58,135 nt of DNA from NCBI GenBank assembly GCA_944332635.1, contig CALVKI010000007.1:1-58135 (forward strand). The letters are read 5' to 3'. Shown here in pieces: positions 10,329-19,833 of the stretch; positions within the stretch are counted from its first letter, which is position 1, and each line of letters starts with the position of its first letter. This stretch comes from an uncultured Bacilli bacterium (GTDB lineage Bacteria; Bacillota_I; Bacilli_A; RF39; UBA660). The notes below the pieces were generated by a model. It searched no databases. It was not told the origin of the DNA and saw nothing but the letters and a program-made list of their open reading frames with translations. The translations under genes were made by a program, and so were the position numbers.

Positions 10329-13116
10329 TAGAGGAATAATAGGGGTTTTTATACTTTTTATTATCGGTGTTGTTCTATTTAGTGGTTATGATGAGCTAAC
10401 TTCTAGAGAGAAAGTTAATGTTAGTAAAAAGGAAATTTTAACAAAAACAACAGATGGAAAAACTTGTAATAATGCTGAGGAAATGAATGATGAATATTCA
10501 CCTACAGTTTCGTTTGACAAGGGTCAAGCGATAGTTAAGGTAGCTAAAGGTAGTTTTAAAGTTACTAATGTTACTAATTCACAGTATTTGACTAATGATC
10601 CTATGGCTTTAGGAGTTGTAACGCCTGAAAATCCTATGGTAGTTACATTTAATACTAATGCTTCTGGTGATGTTGGTTTACATTTTGTTTTGACTGAGAC
10701 TGATGATATTTGTCTTTCTTATGATGAAGCGCCTTTAAATAATGAAGGAAAAAAGTCTGGTACTTATGAGTTTGATATGACATTGCAGTTGAAACCTCAA
10801 TTAGACACTCCTTTGAAAAATAATGAAAATTATAATGGTATATGTAGTGTTTTTAGAACTGGTGTTGGTTATGAAAATTATAAAGATATTTTTAAATCTG
10901 CAGGAGTTAGTAAGAATGATATAGAAAAGTATAATTATAATGTAGTAAATGATTTTCAAAGGGATACTTATAATAGTATAATTCCTTACTGTTTATCTTC
11001 GAATCAGGTTACTTTTAATTATACAGAGAAACAGACTGCTTCTTTGATTGCATCGGCAATTTTTGTTGTTAGGAATCAAGGAACTAGTAGTTCTGGGTCT
11101 GATGTTTCAGAATCATTTATGAGTGCATTTAATGATACTAAGAGTAAGGCTTTAGAATTAGGACATGATTATACTCATTTAGTTAAAAACGGTAGTCTTG
11201 ATGATACACGTTTTGGAGAAACTTGTGACTGGAAAAAAGATAAAACGGAAAATGATTATTATGTAAATAAAGATTATTATTATGCTAAAGAGGAAGATTC
11301 TGAAAATATAGAGTATACTTATCATTATACTTCTGGTGAAACAGAAAAGGTTTCTGGTGGTTCTTGTACTAGAGTTTGTGAAGAAGCAACTGTTGTTGAA
11401 TATGGACCTCCGGTTGCTTCTAAAGCAGGTCTTTGTTTTGAATATAAGGTTCGAGTAACTAGTAGAGTAGTTTGCAATTCAGATTTAAAAATAACACCAC
11501 CTCCTACTCCTAATATTTGTACTCCTACACCTTATTGTAATCAGGTTTCTGGTTTTGTTCATCAAGGTGGACCAAATGAAGATTTTGAAAAGTGTATTCA
11601 AGAGTGTGATGGTGGAAAGTATAGTCAAAGTTGTAGTAATAAGTGTTATAGCGAAGTTTATGAGTCAGGTGATACTGGATATAATCCTTTATCAATTCGT
11701 TATGGTGATGATTCTATAGTACAAAAGATGTGGAGTAGTTCATTTCCTGGATATGTTGGACGTTATGAATGGCAAAATGGTAGTATTGTTTGGGTCGGTG
11801 AAGGTTATGGTCGTTGGTATCAAGAATTTGAGGATGCTAAAACACGTAGTGATCACGGTACTTACAATGTTTATTCAGGTTTTAAGAAGGAAGATTATGG
11901 CAATGGTAATCATTGTCAAGATAATTGTTATTGGTCTGGTTGCTCAACTAAGTCTTATTTGAATGAATCAGATGTTGCTGATGATATAATTGATAATATG
12001 AAAAAATATAATCAAGCGGTTGCTACTTGCAGTGCATCAGCGAGTTGTACAACTAAAACTGCTGAATTTACAATAGGTGTTGATTATACAGATACCGATG
12101 GTAATAAACATACTGTAGATTTCCCATTGTCTAGTTCTAAAGTTGATTCTTCTAAATTGCCAAGCCATGGAGAAGGATTTAGTGGTAGTACTTCTGGAAC
12201 AGAAATATTTATACCTGAATTGACTATTACTCCAGAAGATCAAGACGGTTATGCAGGATGTTATGATGATGCTAGTGCTAAAAATTGGTATCAAGTTGCT
12301 TGGAGTTTCCCTGGAACTTGGATTAATAATAAAACTGGTGAAATTAGTTATGTTGATAAATCAGGCAATACTGCTTGGCATAAACAAGAAGGAAAATTCT
12401 GTGTGCCATTAAATGCAGCTAGTGTTAATATTAAGTGGTGGGAATGGAAGCTTTTAGGCTCAAATTATTCGGATTCACAAATAGAAGATGAGTTAGAAGA
12501 TAATTATAATATTCATGCTTCTACTACAGATTTTGGATATTTTGGATGGAATTTTGATTTTAGTTGTTTTTATGCATTAAAGAATGAAGAAGTTACAACT
12601 GATGATAACGATTGTCCTGATGGAGATGAGTGTAAAACTACTATTTCTACAGAGGATTATGTATTTAGAATCGTTGATTTAAATGATTTATTCCCTAAGA
12701 GTTCTGAAACTACAGAAAATAATCAGAGTAAGATATCAGCTACTGGACGTCAACCTGGATATAATTGGACATTGGATGCGTCTAATGATGGTGATCAGAT
12801 GACTGCGTTTAGTTTACTGACTAAGAATCCTGAATATAGTATTAATCCAATAGAATTGATTAAGAATATTCAAGCTAAAGGTGAAAGTATTTATTCTGAT
12901 GCATATTTGGATTATAGGATTACCTTAGAAAGTGAGGATATTAAATATTTAAGAAATTATAATAAAGATCATAAATATACAGATTATCAAGGCTCAACTG
13001 CTGTTAAAAATGGTGTAACGTCTTATTGGAGTAATGTAATTACTGAACTTAAGAACAGAGGTCAAGTTTCTGAAAGAGCAGAATATGGAGCTAATAACTC
13101 TGGAAAGGGGGCATAA
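10312..13116 (+). CDS. Large Cys-rich secreted or anchored protein, candidate adhesin
   Basis: N-terminal signal/TM, about 25 Cys, Trp/Tyr/Asn/Ser/Thr-rich; no family recognised. Confidence 0.7.
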   Translation: MMKKYSRGIIGVFILFIIGVVLFSGYDELTSREKVNVSKKEILTKTTDGKTCNNAEEMNDEYSPTVSFDKGQAIVKVAKGSFKVTNVTNSQYLTNDPMALGVVTPENPMVVTFNTNASGDVGLHFVLTETDDICLSYDEAPLNNEGKKSGTYEFDMTLQLKPQLDTPLKNNENYNGICSVFRTGVGYENYKDIFKSAGVSKNDIEKYNYNVVNDFQRDTYNSIIPYCLSSNQVTFNYTEKQTASLIASAIFVVRNQGTSSSGSDVSESFMSAFNDTKSKALELGHDYTHLVKNGSLDDTRFGETCDWKKDKTENDYYVNKDYYYAKEEDSENIEYTYHYTSGETEKVSGGSCTRVCEEATVVEYGPPVASKAGLCFEYKVRVTSRVVCNSDLKITPPPTPNICTPTPYCNQVSGFVHQGGPNEDFEKCIQECDGGKYSQSCSNKCYSEVYESGDTGYNPLSIRYGDDSIVQKMWSSSFPGYVGRYEWQNGSIVWVGEGYGRWYQEFEDAKTRSDHGTYNVYSGFKKEDYGNGNHCQDNCYWSGCSTKSYLNESDVADDIIDNMKKYNQAVATCSASASCTTKTAEFTIGVDYTDTDGNKHTVDFPLSSSKVDSSKLPSHGEGFSGSTSGTEIFIPELTITPEDQDGYAGCYDDASAKNWYQVAWSFPGTWINNKTGEISYVDKSGNTAWHKQEGKFCVPLNAASVNIKWWEWKLLGSNYSDSQIEDELEDNYNIHASTTDFGYFGWNFDFSCFYALKNEEVTTDDNDCPDGDECKTTISTEDYVFRIVDLNDLFPKSSETTENNQSKISATGRQPGYNWTLDASNDGDQMTAFSLLTKNPEYSINPIELIKNIQAKGESIYSDAYLDYRITLESEDIKYLRNYNKDHKYTDYQGSTAVKNGVTSYWSNVITELKNRGQVSERAEYGANNSGKGA

Positions 13117-13122
13117 TCATTT

Positions 13123-13587
13123 ATGAATAAAGCAATGTTAACGGTTGGAATTATTATTTTGAGTTTAGCAACGTTGTTAATGATTAATATTATTTCTAAT
13201 TATTCATCAGGTAGTGAGTTGGATTACTACCTGGTGAAAGAAACATCAGAAGCTGCTATGGTGGATGCTATAGATGTAGCATATTATCGTCAGAATGGAT
13301 TACTTCGTATTGATAAAGAAAAATTTGTTGAAAGTTTTGTTAGAAGATTTGCTGATTCTGTAGATACAACTAGAAATTATCAACTTTCTTTCTATGATTT
13401 AAATGAAGTACCACCTAAGGTAAGTGTGAAAGTCGATTCTTCTACCGTTTTAAGTTTTAAAGGTTCTGATTTGGAAATGTCAACAAAGTTAGATGCAATT
13501 TTAGAGAATACTTATGAGTCTGATCCGTTAGTTACTAAGGAAATAAATGACCCTAAGAGTGACTTTGGTAAGCCAGTAGAAGAGTAA
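13123..13587 (+). CDS. DUF5411-like / TadE-like minor pilin candidate
   Basis: N-terminal hydrophobic helix; YYLVKETSEAAMVDA…KEKFVESFVRRFA; position immediately before cpaB. Confidence 0.55.
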   Translation: MNKAMLTVGIIILSLATLLMINIISNYSSGSELDYYLVKETSEAAMVDAIDVAYYRQNGLLRIDKEKFVESFVRRFADSVDTTRNYQLSFYDLNEVPPKVSVKVDSSTVLSFKGSDLEMSTKLDAILENTYESDPLVTKEINDPKSDFGKPVEE

Positions 13588-13606
13588 GAAGGAAGGAGAG
13601 GATAAA

Positions 13607-14425
13607 ATGGGAAACCTTGGTATTGGAATAAAAAAATTTTTGTCCAATAAAAATACTGTCACGGTTGTTGGCGTAGTTGTTGCAGTATTAGTGTTATATA
13701 TTGCTTATAATATGCGTGTTCAAGCTGCTGTTAATCCAATTAGTGTTCCATATGCAATTGAACAAATTGAACCAGGAACACAAATTACAGAAGATATGGT
13801 GGGAATAATGGAGATTCCACCTTCTATGCTTGAAGGTGATGTGATTAGAAATCAAGCTGATGTTATTGATAAATATTCTAATGCTGATACATTAATACCA
13901 CAAGGAAGTTTGTTTTATACTAGACAAGTAGTCGAAAAGGAACAACTACCTGCTAATATTATTTTGGATTATCCAAAGGGTTATGTTTTATATAATATGC
14001 CTGTTAATATAGAATCTACATATGGTAATTCTATTTATCCAGGTAATTATATTGATATTTATTTAAAAATCACAAGAAAAAGTACAGGAACTGAAACTGC
14101 TACGACTAATTCTGATAGTGAATTGATGCAATATGGTAAATTTATTCAGAATGTTAAAGTGTTAGCAGTTAAAGATTCTTCTGGTCAACCTGTTTTTTCT
14201 AATTTAGATGAACAAAGAACACCAGCAATGTTAGTTTTTGCTTTACCTGAGCAATATTATATTTTACTTAAAAAGGCTAGTTATTTGACATTATATGATT
14301 CTGAATTAGTTCCAGTTCCAACTAATGAAAGCTTGCAGGATAAACCAGATGATTTAGAAATGAGTAGTGAAAGTCTTCGGGATTGGATTGAAACAGTTAC
14401 TTATTGGGATGAAAGTATGGGGTAG
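13607..14425 (+). CDS. cpaB: Flp pilus assembly protein CpaB/RcpC (SAF domain)
   Basis: TM, then VPYAIEQIEPGTQITEDMV (SAF), IYPGNYIDIY, QNVKVLAV. Confidence 0.8.
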   Translation: MGNLGIGIKKFLSNKNTVTVVGVVVAVLVLYIAYNMRVQAAVNPISVPYAIEQIEPGTQITEDMVGIMEIPPSMLEGDVIRNQADVIDKYSNADTLIPQGSLFYTRQVVEKEQLPANIILDYPKGYVLYNMPVNIESTYGNSIYPGNYIDIYLKITRKSTGTETATTNSDSELMQYGKFIQNVKVLAVKDSSGQPVFSNLDEQRTPAMLVFALPEQYYILLKKASYLTLYDSELVPVPTNESLQDKPDDLEMSSESLRDWIETVTYWDESMG

Positions 14426-14454
14426 ATATTAAAGAATAAAAAGGAGTTGGTCAT

Positions 14455-15855
14455 ATGAACGAGAATATTTTTGATAAACTAGATTTTGGACCCTTGCGTC
14501 CATTGTTAGATAATGATGATATTACTGATATTTCTTTTGATAATAATGGTCAGATTTGGGTGCGTTCTTTAACGCAAGGGTCACTTAGGGTTGAGGTTCA
14601 GGGATTGACTCCTGAATTTATAGAAAAATTGGCATTTCAATGTTCTAATGTTATGGGTACTACCTTTAATAATGCTAAGCCGTTTTTAGATGCTGAATCT
14701 GCTGAGTTGCGTTTGAATTTTGTTCATCCTTCTATTGCGACGAATGGTATAGCAATGGTTATCCGTAAGACTCCTGCTAAAATTCGATTAGAAAAAGATA
14801 AGTTGCTTAAAGATGATTATTTTACACAAGATATCCATGATATTTTGATTAAATGTGTTGAGGGTCATTGTAATATTATTGTGTGTGGAGAGACTGGTTC
14901 TGGTAAAACAGAATTCGTTAAATATTTAGCTAGTCATACACGTACTAATGAAAAAATTATTACTATTGAAGATACTTTAGAACTTCATTTAGATAAGATT
15001 TTTCCTCAACGTGATATTGTTGCTATGAAAACTAATAATGTTGCTAGTTATACTGATGTATTGGTTACTTGTATGCGTCAGAATCCTAAGTGGATTTTGC
15101 TTTCAGAAGTTCGTAGTGCTGAGGCAGTTTCAGCTGTTCGTAATTCTATTTCTTCTGGACATAATATTTTATCTACTATACATGCTGATAAAGCTTCTGC
15201 TATTCCGTATCGTTTATATAGTTTGATGGAAACGGATTTGGATGTTAATCAATTTTTAAATACAATTTATCGGTATATTCAAATTGGAGTTCATATTAAA
15301 GCATATTATAGTAAAGAACTTGGAAAATTTCATCGTGAAGTTGATGAGGTTTGTGAGTTTTATGTTGATGAAAATAATCAACCACAGACTAGGATTATTT
15401 ATCAAAAATTATTTGGGCAAGATCCAGTTATGCGTAAGCCAAGTCCTCATTTAATTGAATATTTAGAAAATCAAAATATTGATATTAATGCAATTACTGA
15501 GCATTTGAGTGATGACTTACCTTTTCATGATGATGTAGAAAGAGAAGAATATATGGAAAGCCATAAAGAAAATGGTAATTTAGGTAATGTTACTACTGAA
15601 TCTACTATGTCAGAAGTAGTTCCTCAAGTAGCTAATATTACTCCAGTAGTACAACCTATCATTCAAACAATTTCTAATAATCAAGTTCCTTCATCTTTAA
15701 ATGTTACACCAATGGTACAAGTACCGGCTACACCTAGTATTGTATCTTCTAAAAATGTAAGTTCTGAAGTGGTTCCTAATGTACCTACTTCTGATAAAAA
15801 AAATGTTCAAATACCGGCGATTGTAGATTTTTCATCTTTAGGTAATTTAGAGTAG
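14455..15855 (+). CDS. cpaF: CpaF/TadA/VirB11-family secretion ATPase
   Basis: Walker A GETGSGKT, Asp box IEDTLEL, MRQNP..ILLSEVR, His box STIHA; low-complexity C-terminal tail. Confidence 0.92.
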   Translation: MNENIFDKLDFGPLRPLLDNDDITDISFDNNGQIWVRSLTQGSLRVEVQGLTPEFIEKLAFQCSNVMGTTFNNAKPFLDAESAELRLNFVHPSIATNGIAMVIRKTPAKIRLEKDKLLKDDYFTQDIHDILIKCVEGHCNIIVCGETGSGKTEFVKYLASHTRTNEKIITIEDTLELHLDKIFPQRDIVAMKTNNVASYTDVLVTCMRQNPKWILLSEVRSAEAVSAVRNSISSGHNILSTIHADKASAIPYRLYSLMETDLDVNQFLNTIYRYIQIGVHIKAYYSKELGKFHREVDEVCEFYVDENNQPQTRIIYQKLFGQDPVMRKPSPHLIEYLENQNIDINAITEHLSDDLPFHDDVEREEYMESHKENGNLGNVTTESTMSEVVPQVANITPVVQPIIQTISNNQVPSSLNVTPMVQVPATPSIVSSKNVSSEVVPNVPTSDKKNVQIPAIVDFSSLGNLE

Positions 15856-15871
15856 AAAAGGGGGCAAATTT

Positions 15872-16774
15872 ATGTATATAGAGGAATTAGTTTTTTTAAT
15901 TGTCTTGGTTGTTGTTATTGCTCTTTATCGTAATTATAAGGGTCAAAATGTAGGTAAATTTATTACGACTCAAATGCAAGGTCTTTATGATAGGTTTGCA
16001 CCTTATTCATTTAAAGTTGTGCGAGAAAAAACAAAAGAATTAGGACAAGAATATACACCAAGACAATATTTAATACAAGTGATTATAATGGCATCATTTA
16101 CAGGAGTAGTTAGTTATTTATATTTCTATAATTTATTTATTTCATTAGTTTATATGGTTATTGTTGTTGCGTTTATTCCTTATTTATCTTATTTAAGATG
16201 TAAAAGGGTTTATAGTGAATTTATTTTTGAGCAAATTCAAGTTTATACTTCTAATACAATTATGGAATTTGCAACAACACAATCATTTGTAAAAGCATTG
16301 GAAGGTGTTCGTAATTCTGGTATTTTAGAAGATCCAGTTAAAAGTGATGTTGATCATATGATTGAACTTGCTTATGAAAATGGTAGTATCGAAGAGTCTC
16401 TTACTTATATGAGTCAATTATATCCTTATTATATAGTAAAGAATATGCATCAATTATTTTTACAAATTACTAAAGAAGGTGCAAGAAATTCTATGGATTC
16501 TTTAGATAATATGCAACTCGATATAGATATGCTTGTAGAAAGTGTTTATCGTGATCGTATAGAACGTGCTTCTTTTCATAAGTCCTTTCTACAATTTGGT
16601 ATTATGCTTTATTTATTAGTAATGTTGACACAGTATCTTTTGGGGCGAGAAACTTATTTAATTATGTTAGAACGATGGTATGTTAAATTTCTACTTCATG
16701 CTGTTTTAATTATTAATACATACTTCTTGTTAAAAGGTGAAAAATATTACAATGAGAATGTAGGTGCTGAATAA
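15872..16774 (+). CDS. tadB: TadB-like pilus platform membrane protein
   Basis: TM–2TM–helical domain–2TM layout directly after CpaF. Confidence 0.7.
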   Translation: MYIEELVFLIVLVVVIALYRNYKGQNVGKFITTQMQGLYDRFAPYSFKVVREKTKELGQEYTPRQYLIQVIIMASFTGVVSYLYFYNLFISLVYMVIVVAFIPYLSYLRCKRVYSEFIFEQIQVYTSNTIMEFATTQSFVKALEGVRNSGILEDPVKSDVDHMIELAYENGSIEESLTYMSQLYPYYIVKNMHQLFLQITKEGARNSMDSLDNMQLDIDMLVESVYRDRIERASFHKSFLQFGIMLYLLVMLTQYLLGRETYLIMLERWYVKFLLHAVLIINTYFLLKGEKYYNENVGAE

Positions 16775-17559
16775 TGGTAGAAGTAGTTATTGTAGGTGCA
16801 ATTATTATATTTGTTTTAATATATAATAATACGATTGATAAGAATAAGTTTATTGCTGATAATGAAAAGTATTTTGATATTTTAAGAGAGGAAGATTATA
16901 ATTTTTTAGTGTATGCAAAATATGGTGAAGATGTTGATCCAAATATATTATTTAGAAAGAGGATATATTATGCTATTTTAGTTGCTGTGGTATTTTTATT
17001 TATTTTTTTAAATCAATTGTCTTTTCTTAATGTTGTATTTTGTATTGTTGTAGCAGCTTTGGTTTTTAAAATGCCATATACACAGCTTAAATCATTTTAT
17101 AAAGCTCATTTGCATGATATTGATGTTATGTTGCCGTATTATTTAAAGAGTTTAGAAATTTTAATTCAGCATTATACGGTTCCTGTTGCTTTAGGTAAAT
17201 CTATTGATGATGCTCCTGATATTTTTAAACCTGGACTTCGAAGACTGATTGAACGTATTAATTCGGGTGATTCAACGATTGATCCTTATATGGAGTTTGC
17301 AAATACGTATCCAGTAAGGGATTCTATGCGTATGATGCGTTTACTGTATCGTTTGGGTCTTGGTTCACAAGAGAGAAAACAGGAAAGATTGATGATGTTT
17401 TCTAGAACTGTTTCAAATTTACAAAATAAAGCACGGGAAACAAAGTATAAAGAACGTTTAAATCATATGGAAAATCAAACTATGGTTATGTTAGTAGTTA
17501 CTGGTATGGGAACTATGGTTGTGATTTTAATTTCTATGATGATGATGTTTAACATGTAA
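16774..17559 (+). CDS. tadC: TadC-like pilus platform membrane protein
   Basis: LPYYLKSLEILI…VPVALGKSI T2SSF-like segment; C-terminal TM; coupled to tadB. Confidence 0.75.
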   Translation: MVEVVIVGAIIIFVLIYNNTIDKNKFIADNEKYFDILREEDYNFLVYAKYGEDVDPNILFRKRIYYAILVAVVFLFIFLNQLSFLNVVFCIVVAALVFKMPYTQLKSFYKAHLHDIDVMLPYYLKSLEILIQHYTVPVALGKSIDDAPDIFKPGLRRLIERINSGDSTIDPYMEFANTYPVRDSMRMMRLLYRLGLGSQERKQERLMMFSRTVSNLQNKARETKYKERLNHMENQTMVMLVVTGMGTMVVILISMMMMFNM

Positions 17560-17574
17560 ACCATATAAATTTTA

Positions 17575-17603
17575 TTGTAAAAGTGCAATTATGTTGGTAT
17601 AAT
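17575..17603 (+). promoter_or_regulatory. Internal SigA-type promoter upstream of the Flp-like pilin
   Basis: TTGTAA-17-TATAAT with TGn. Confidence 0.7.
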
Positions 17604-17643
17604 ATATAGTGTATATAGAATAGGAAAGGATGTGTATGTTTTA

Positions 17644-17841
17644 ATGAAAGCAGCAACAGGAGAATTAAATTTGACAGTAATTACGCTTATTGCTATTGCA
17701 GCAGTAATTGGTTTTTTCTGGATTATGTGGCCTAATATTCAAGAATCTATTAATTCTCAATGGGATACTATTAATGATAGAGATAAGGCTAAAAATCAAG
17801 GTAGCTTTTCTTATATTATTTTAGAAGATTTGTATAAATAA
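17644..17841 (+). CDS. Flp-like major pilin candidate
   Basis: 65 aa; short leader MKAATG, then a hydrophobic helix and amphipathic tail; follows tadC and has its own promoter; lacks the canonical E+5/Y motif. Confidence 0.65.
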   Translation: MKAATGELNLTVITLIAIAAVIGFFWIMWPNIQESINSQWDTINDRDKAKNQGSFSYIILEDLYK

Positions 17842-17855
17842 GGGTGGTGTAGAAA

Positions 17856-18299
17856 ATGCGAGATGCTTTAGGTGGAGTTGTTAATTTAACAATGATAGTT
17901 GTATTCCTAGTCTTGGTATGTGGGTATTTAGCATTTAATGTTAATTATACTAAAGCATTTCGTGTTAAAAATTATATTATTACATCATTGGAGCAATATG
18001 AAGGTAATTGTAAGAGTGGTACTGCCTGTTCAGATAAAATACAGTCATATATTAAGCAAGTAGGTTATAGTGCACCTGATTTCAAATTGGATGATTATAC
18101 TTGTAATTATGGGTATTGTTATAAAGAGTTTAAGGTTTCTAACGAAGTGGATGGTTCTGTTTCTGAATCTAAGAATCAAGTTTATTATCGGGTCGTTACT
18201 CAAATTAATATAGATATACCAATTGTCAACAGGATTATGCCTGGTTTAAAAATATTTCAAATTTCTGGTAATACAAAGTTGATAACGCCGTTTAAATAG
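17856..18299 (+). CDS. TadE-like minor pilin candidate
   Basis: MRDALGG leader, hydrophobic helix, small Cys-paired domain and terminal beta strands. Confidence 0.6.
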   Translation: MRDALGGVVNLTMIVVFLVLVCGYLAFNVNYTKAFRVKNYIITSLEQYEGNCKSGTACSDKIQSYIKQVGYSAPDFKLDDYTCNYGYCYKEFKVSNEVDGSVSESKNQVYYRVVTQINIDIPIVNRIMPGLKIFQISGNTKLITPFK

Positions 18300-18313
18300 G
18301 TGAGGTGACTTTT

Positions 18314-19330
18314 ATGAATGTTATTGTTAGTAATGAACAACGTAATGTTTTATCAGGATTAGATATTGATATAATTAAAAGTATTACTGGTGAATATGAT
18401 GCAAATGAAATAGTCGAAATGTTTAAAAATTTTTTCTATAATAAAATGATTTTAGATGTTACTGCTGTAAAAGATTATCATAGTGTTAAAAGTTTTCAAA
18501 CTATTGCTATGGGGTTGGATGTAGAAAAAATCGTTTTCTTTTTACCTGAAGGAAGTGATGTTTGTACTTCTAACTTTTTGTCTAAATTAGTTTCTATGGG
18601 AATTTATAATTTTACGACTAATGTAGAGGGTGTAAAATATTTATTGGAGCATCCTAATACATATAAACAAGTTGCCCATATTCAACAGTTGAACGATGTT
18701 TCTAATAATACTAGTATAGCTACTGTAAATCAAATTAATGATTCAAGGATTACTAATAGAGTACAAGGATCTAAAATTATAGGAGTTAGAAACGTTACAG
18801 AGCATGCAGGAGCTACAACGTTTATTTATATTCTGAAAAAGGAATTGAAGTCTTTTTTTGGGGATACTGTTATTGCTTTAGAGCTTAATAAGCATGATTT
18901 TCAGTTTTTTGGAGATCGGAATATGATATCCATTAGTTCTGATCAGTTACAAAGTTCTTTAGCTCGTTATGCTGGAGCTTCGGTACTTTTAGTTGATTTA
19001 AATGATTATCCGGATGATTCTAGTTGTGAGGAGGTTCTATATTTGTTGGAACCATCAACTATTAAGCTTAATAAATTGATGAAAAAAAATAGAAATGTTT
19101 TTTCAAAGCTTCAGAATAAAAAGATTATTTTAAATAAGAGTTTACTTTCAAACAGGGATGTTATGGATTTTGAATATGAGGCGAAAGTTAGAGTCTTTTA
19201 TAATATGCCTCCTTTGGATGAAAGAAAGAAAAATCAGATTTTTGATGATTTTTTATCTAGATTAGGTTTAATATCTAAAAAGGAAGATAAAAAGGATTCG
19301 GGAAAAATTTTTGGCTTATTTAGAAGGTAA
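18314..19330 (+). CDS. CpaE/TadZ-like degenerate MinD/ParA-type pilus localisation protein
   Basis: Receiver-like N-terminus; KIIGV..V..HAGATTF degenerate Walker A; C-terminal GKIFGLFRR amphipathic helix. Confidence 0.6.
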   Translation: MNVIVSNEQRNVLSGLDIDIIKSITGEYDANEIVEMFKNFFYNKMILDVTAVKDYHSVKSFQTIAMGLDVEKIVFFLPEGSDVCTSNFLSKLVSMGIYNFTTNVEGVKYLLEHPNTYKQVAHIQQLNDVSNNTSIATVNQINDSRITNRVQGSKIIGVRNVTEHAGATTFIYILKKELKSFFGDTVIALELNKHDFQFFGDRNMISISSDQLQSSLARYAGASVLLVDLNDYPDDSSCEEVLYLLEPSTIKLNKLMKKNRNVFSKLQNKKIILNKSLLSNRDVMDFEYEAKVRVFYNMPPLDERKKNQIFDDFLSRLGLISKKEDKKDSGKIFGLFRR

Positions 19331-19332
19331 TG

Positions 19333-19361
19333 TTGACAAATACTTTATTTTAAGATAATAT
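19333..19361 (+). promoter_or_regulatory. Internal SigA-type promoter upstream of the VirB2-like pilin
   Basis: TTGACA-17-TAATAT. Confidence 0.7.
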
Positions 19362-19385
19362 AACTTTATTGAAGGAGTGTTGTTT

Positions 19386-19742
19386 ATGTTAGATTTATTT
19401 CAAGTAGGTGTTGTTGGGAATGCTAGTGATAATTGTGGAGGGTTAGCTCCAATTGTTAGAATTATAAAAAAAGGAGTATTTCCTATTGTACAAATTGGTA
19501 TTCCAATTCTATTGATTGTATTTGGTACAATTGATTTAGGAAAAGCTGTTATTTCTAGTGATGAGAAAGAAGTAAAACAAGCACAAAGTCGTTTAATAAA
19601 AAGATGTATTTATGCTGTTGCAATATTCTTTATTACCACTTTAGTAACTTTGCTTATGTCTTTAGTTACTACTGGTACTGAGGGTGGAGATAAAGAAGCA
19701 AATACTACTGGATGGGCTACTTGCTGGAATAGTATTAAATAA
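19386..19742 (+). CDS. VirB2/TrbC-like T4SS pilin
   Basis: Two hydrophobic helices joined by a charged loop (DLGKAVISSDEKEVKQAQSRLIKR); strong GAAGGAG RBS. Confidence 0.7.
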   Translation: MLDLFQVGVVGNASDNCGGLAPIVRIIKKGVFPIVQIGIPILLIVFGTIDLGKAVISSDEKEVKQAQSRLIKRCIYAVAIFFITTLVTLLMSLVTTGTEGGDKEANTTGWATCWNSIK

Positions 19743-19757
19743 AAATGATACAAAATT

Positions 19758-19787
19758 AAATAGTAAAGTAATTGCTATTTTTTTTTT
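19758..19787 (+). terminator. Weak terminator after the VirB2-like pilin
   Basis: AAATAGTAA/TTGCTATTT stem (one GU pair) plus T run. Confidence 0.5.
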
Positions 19788-19800
19788 ATTTTGATATACT
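19772..19800 (+). promoter_or_regulatory. SigA-type promoter for the downstream T4SS genes
   Basis: TTGCTA-17-TATACT with TGn. Confidence 0.6.
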
Positions 19801-19833
19801 TAATCTGTATATTTCTTATATGGAGTGGTGAGA

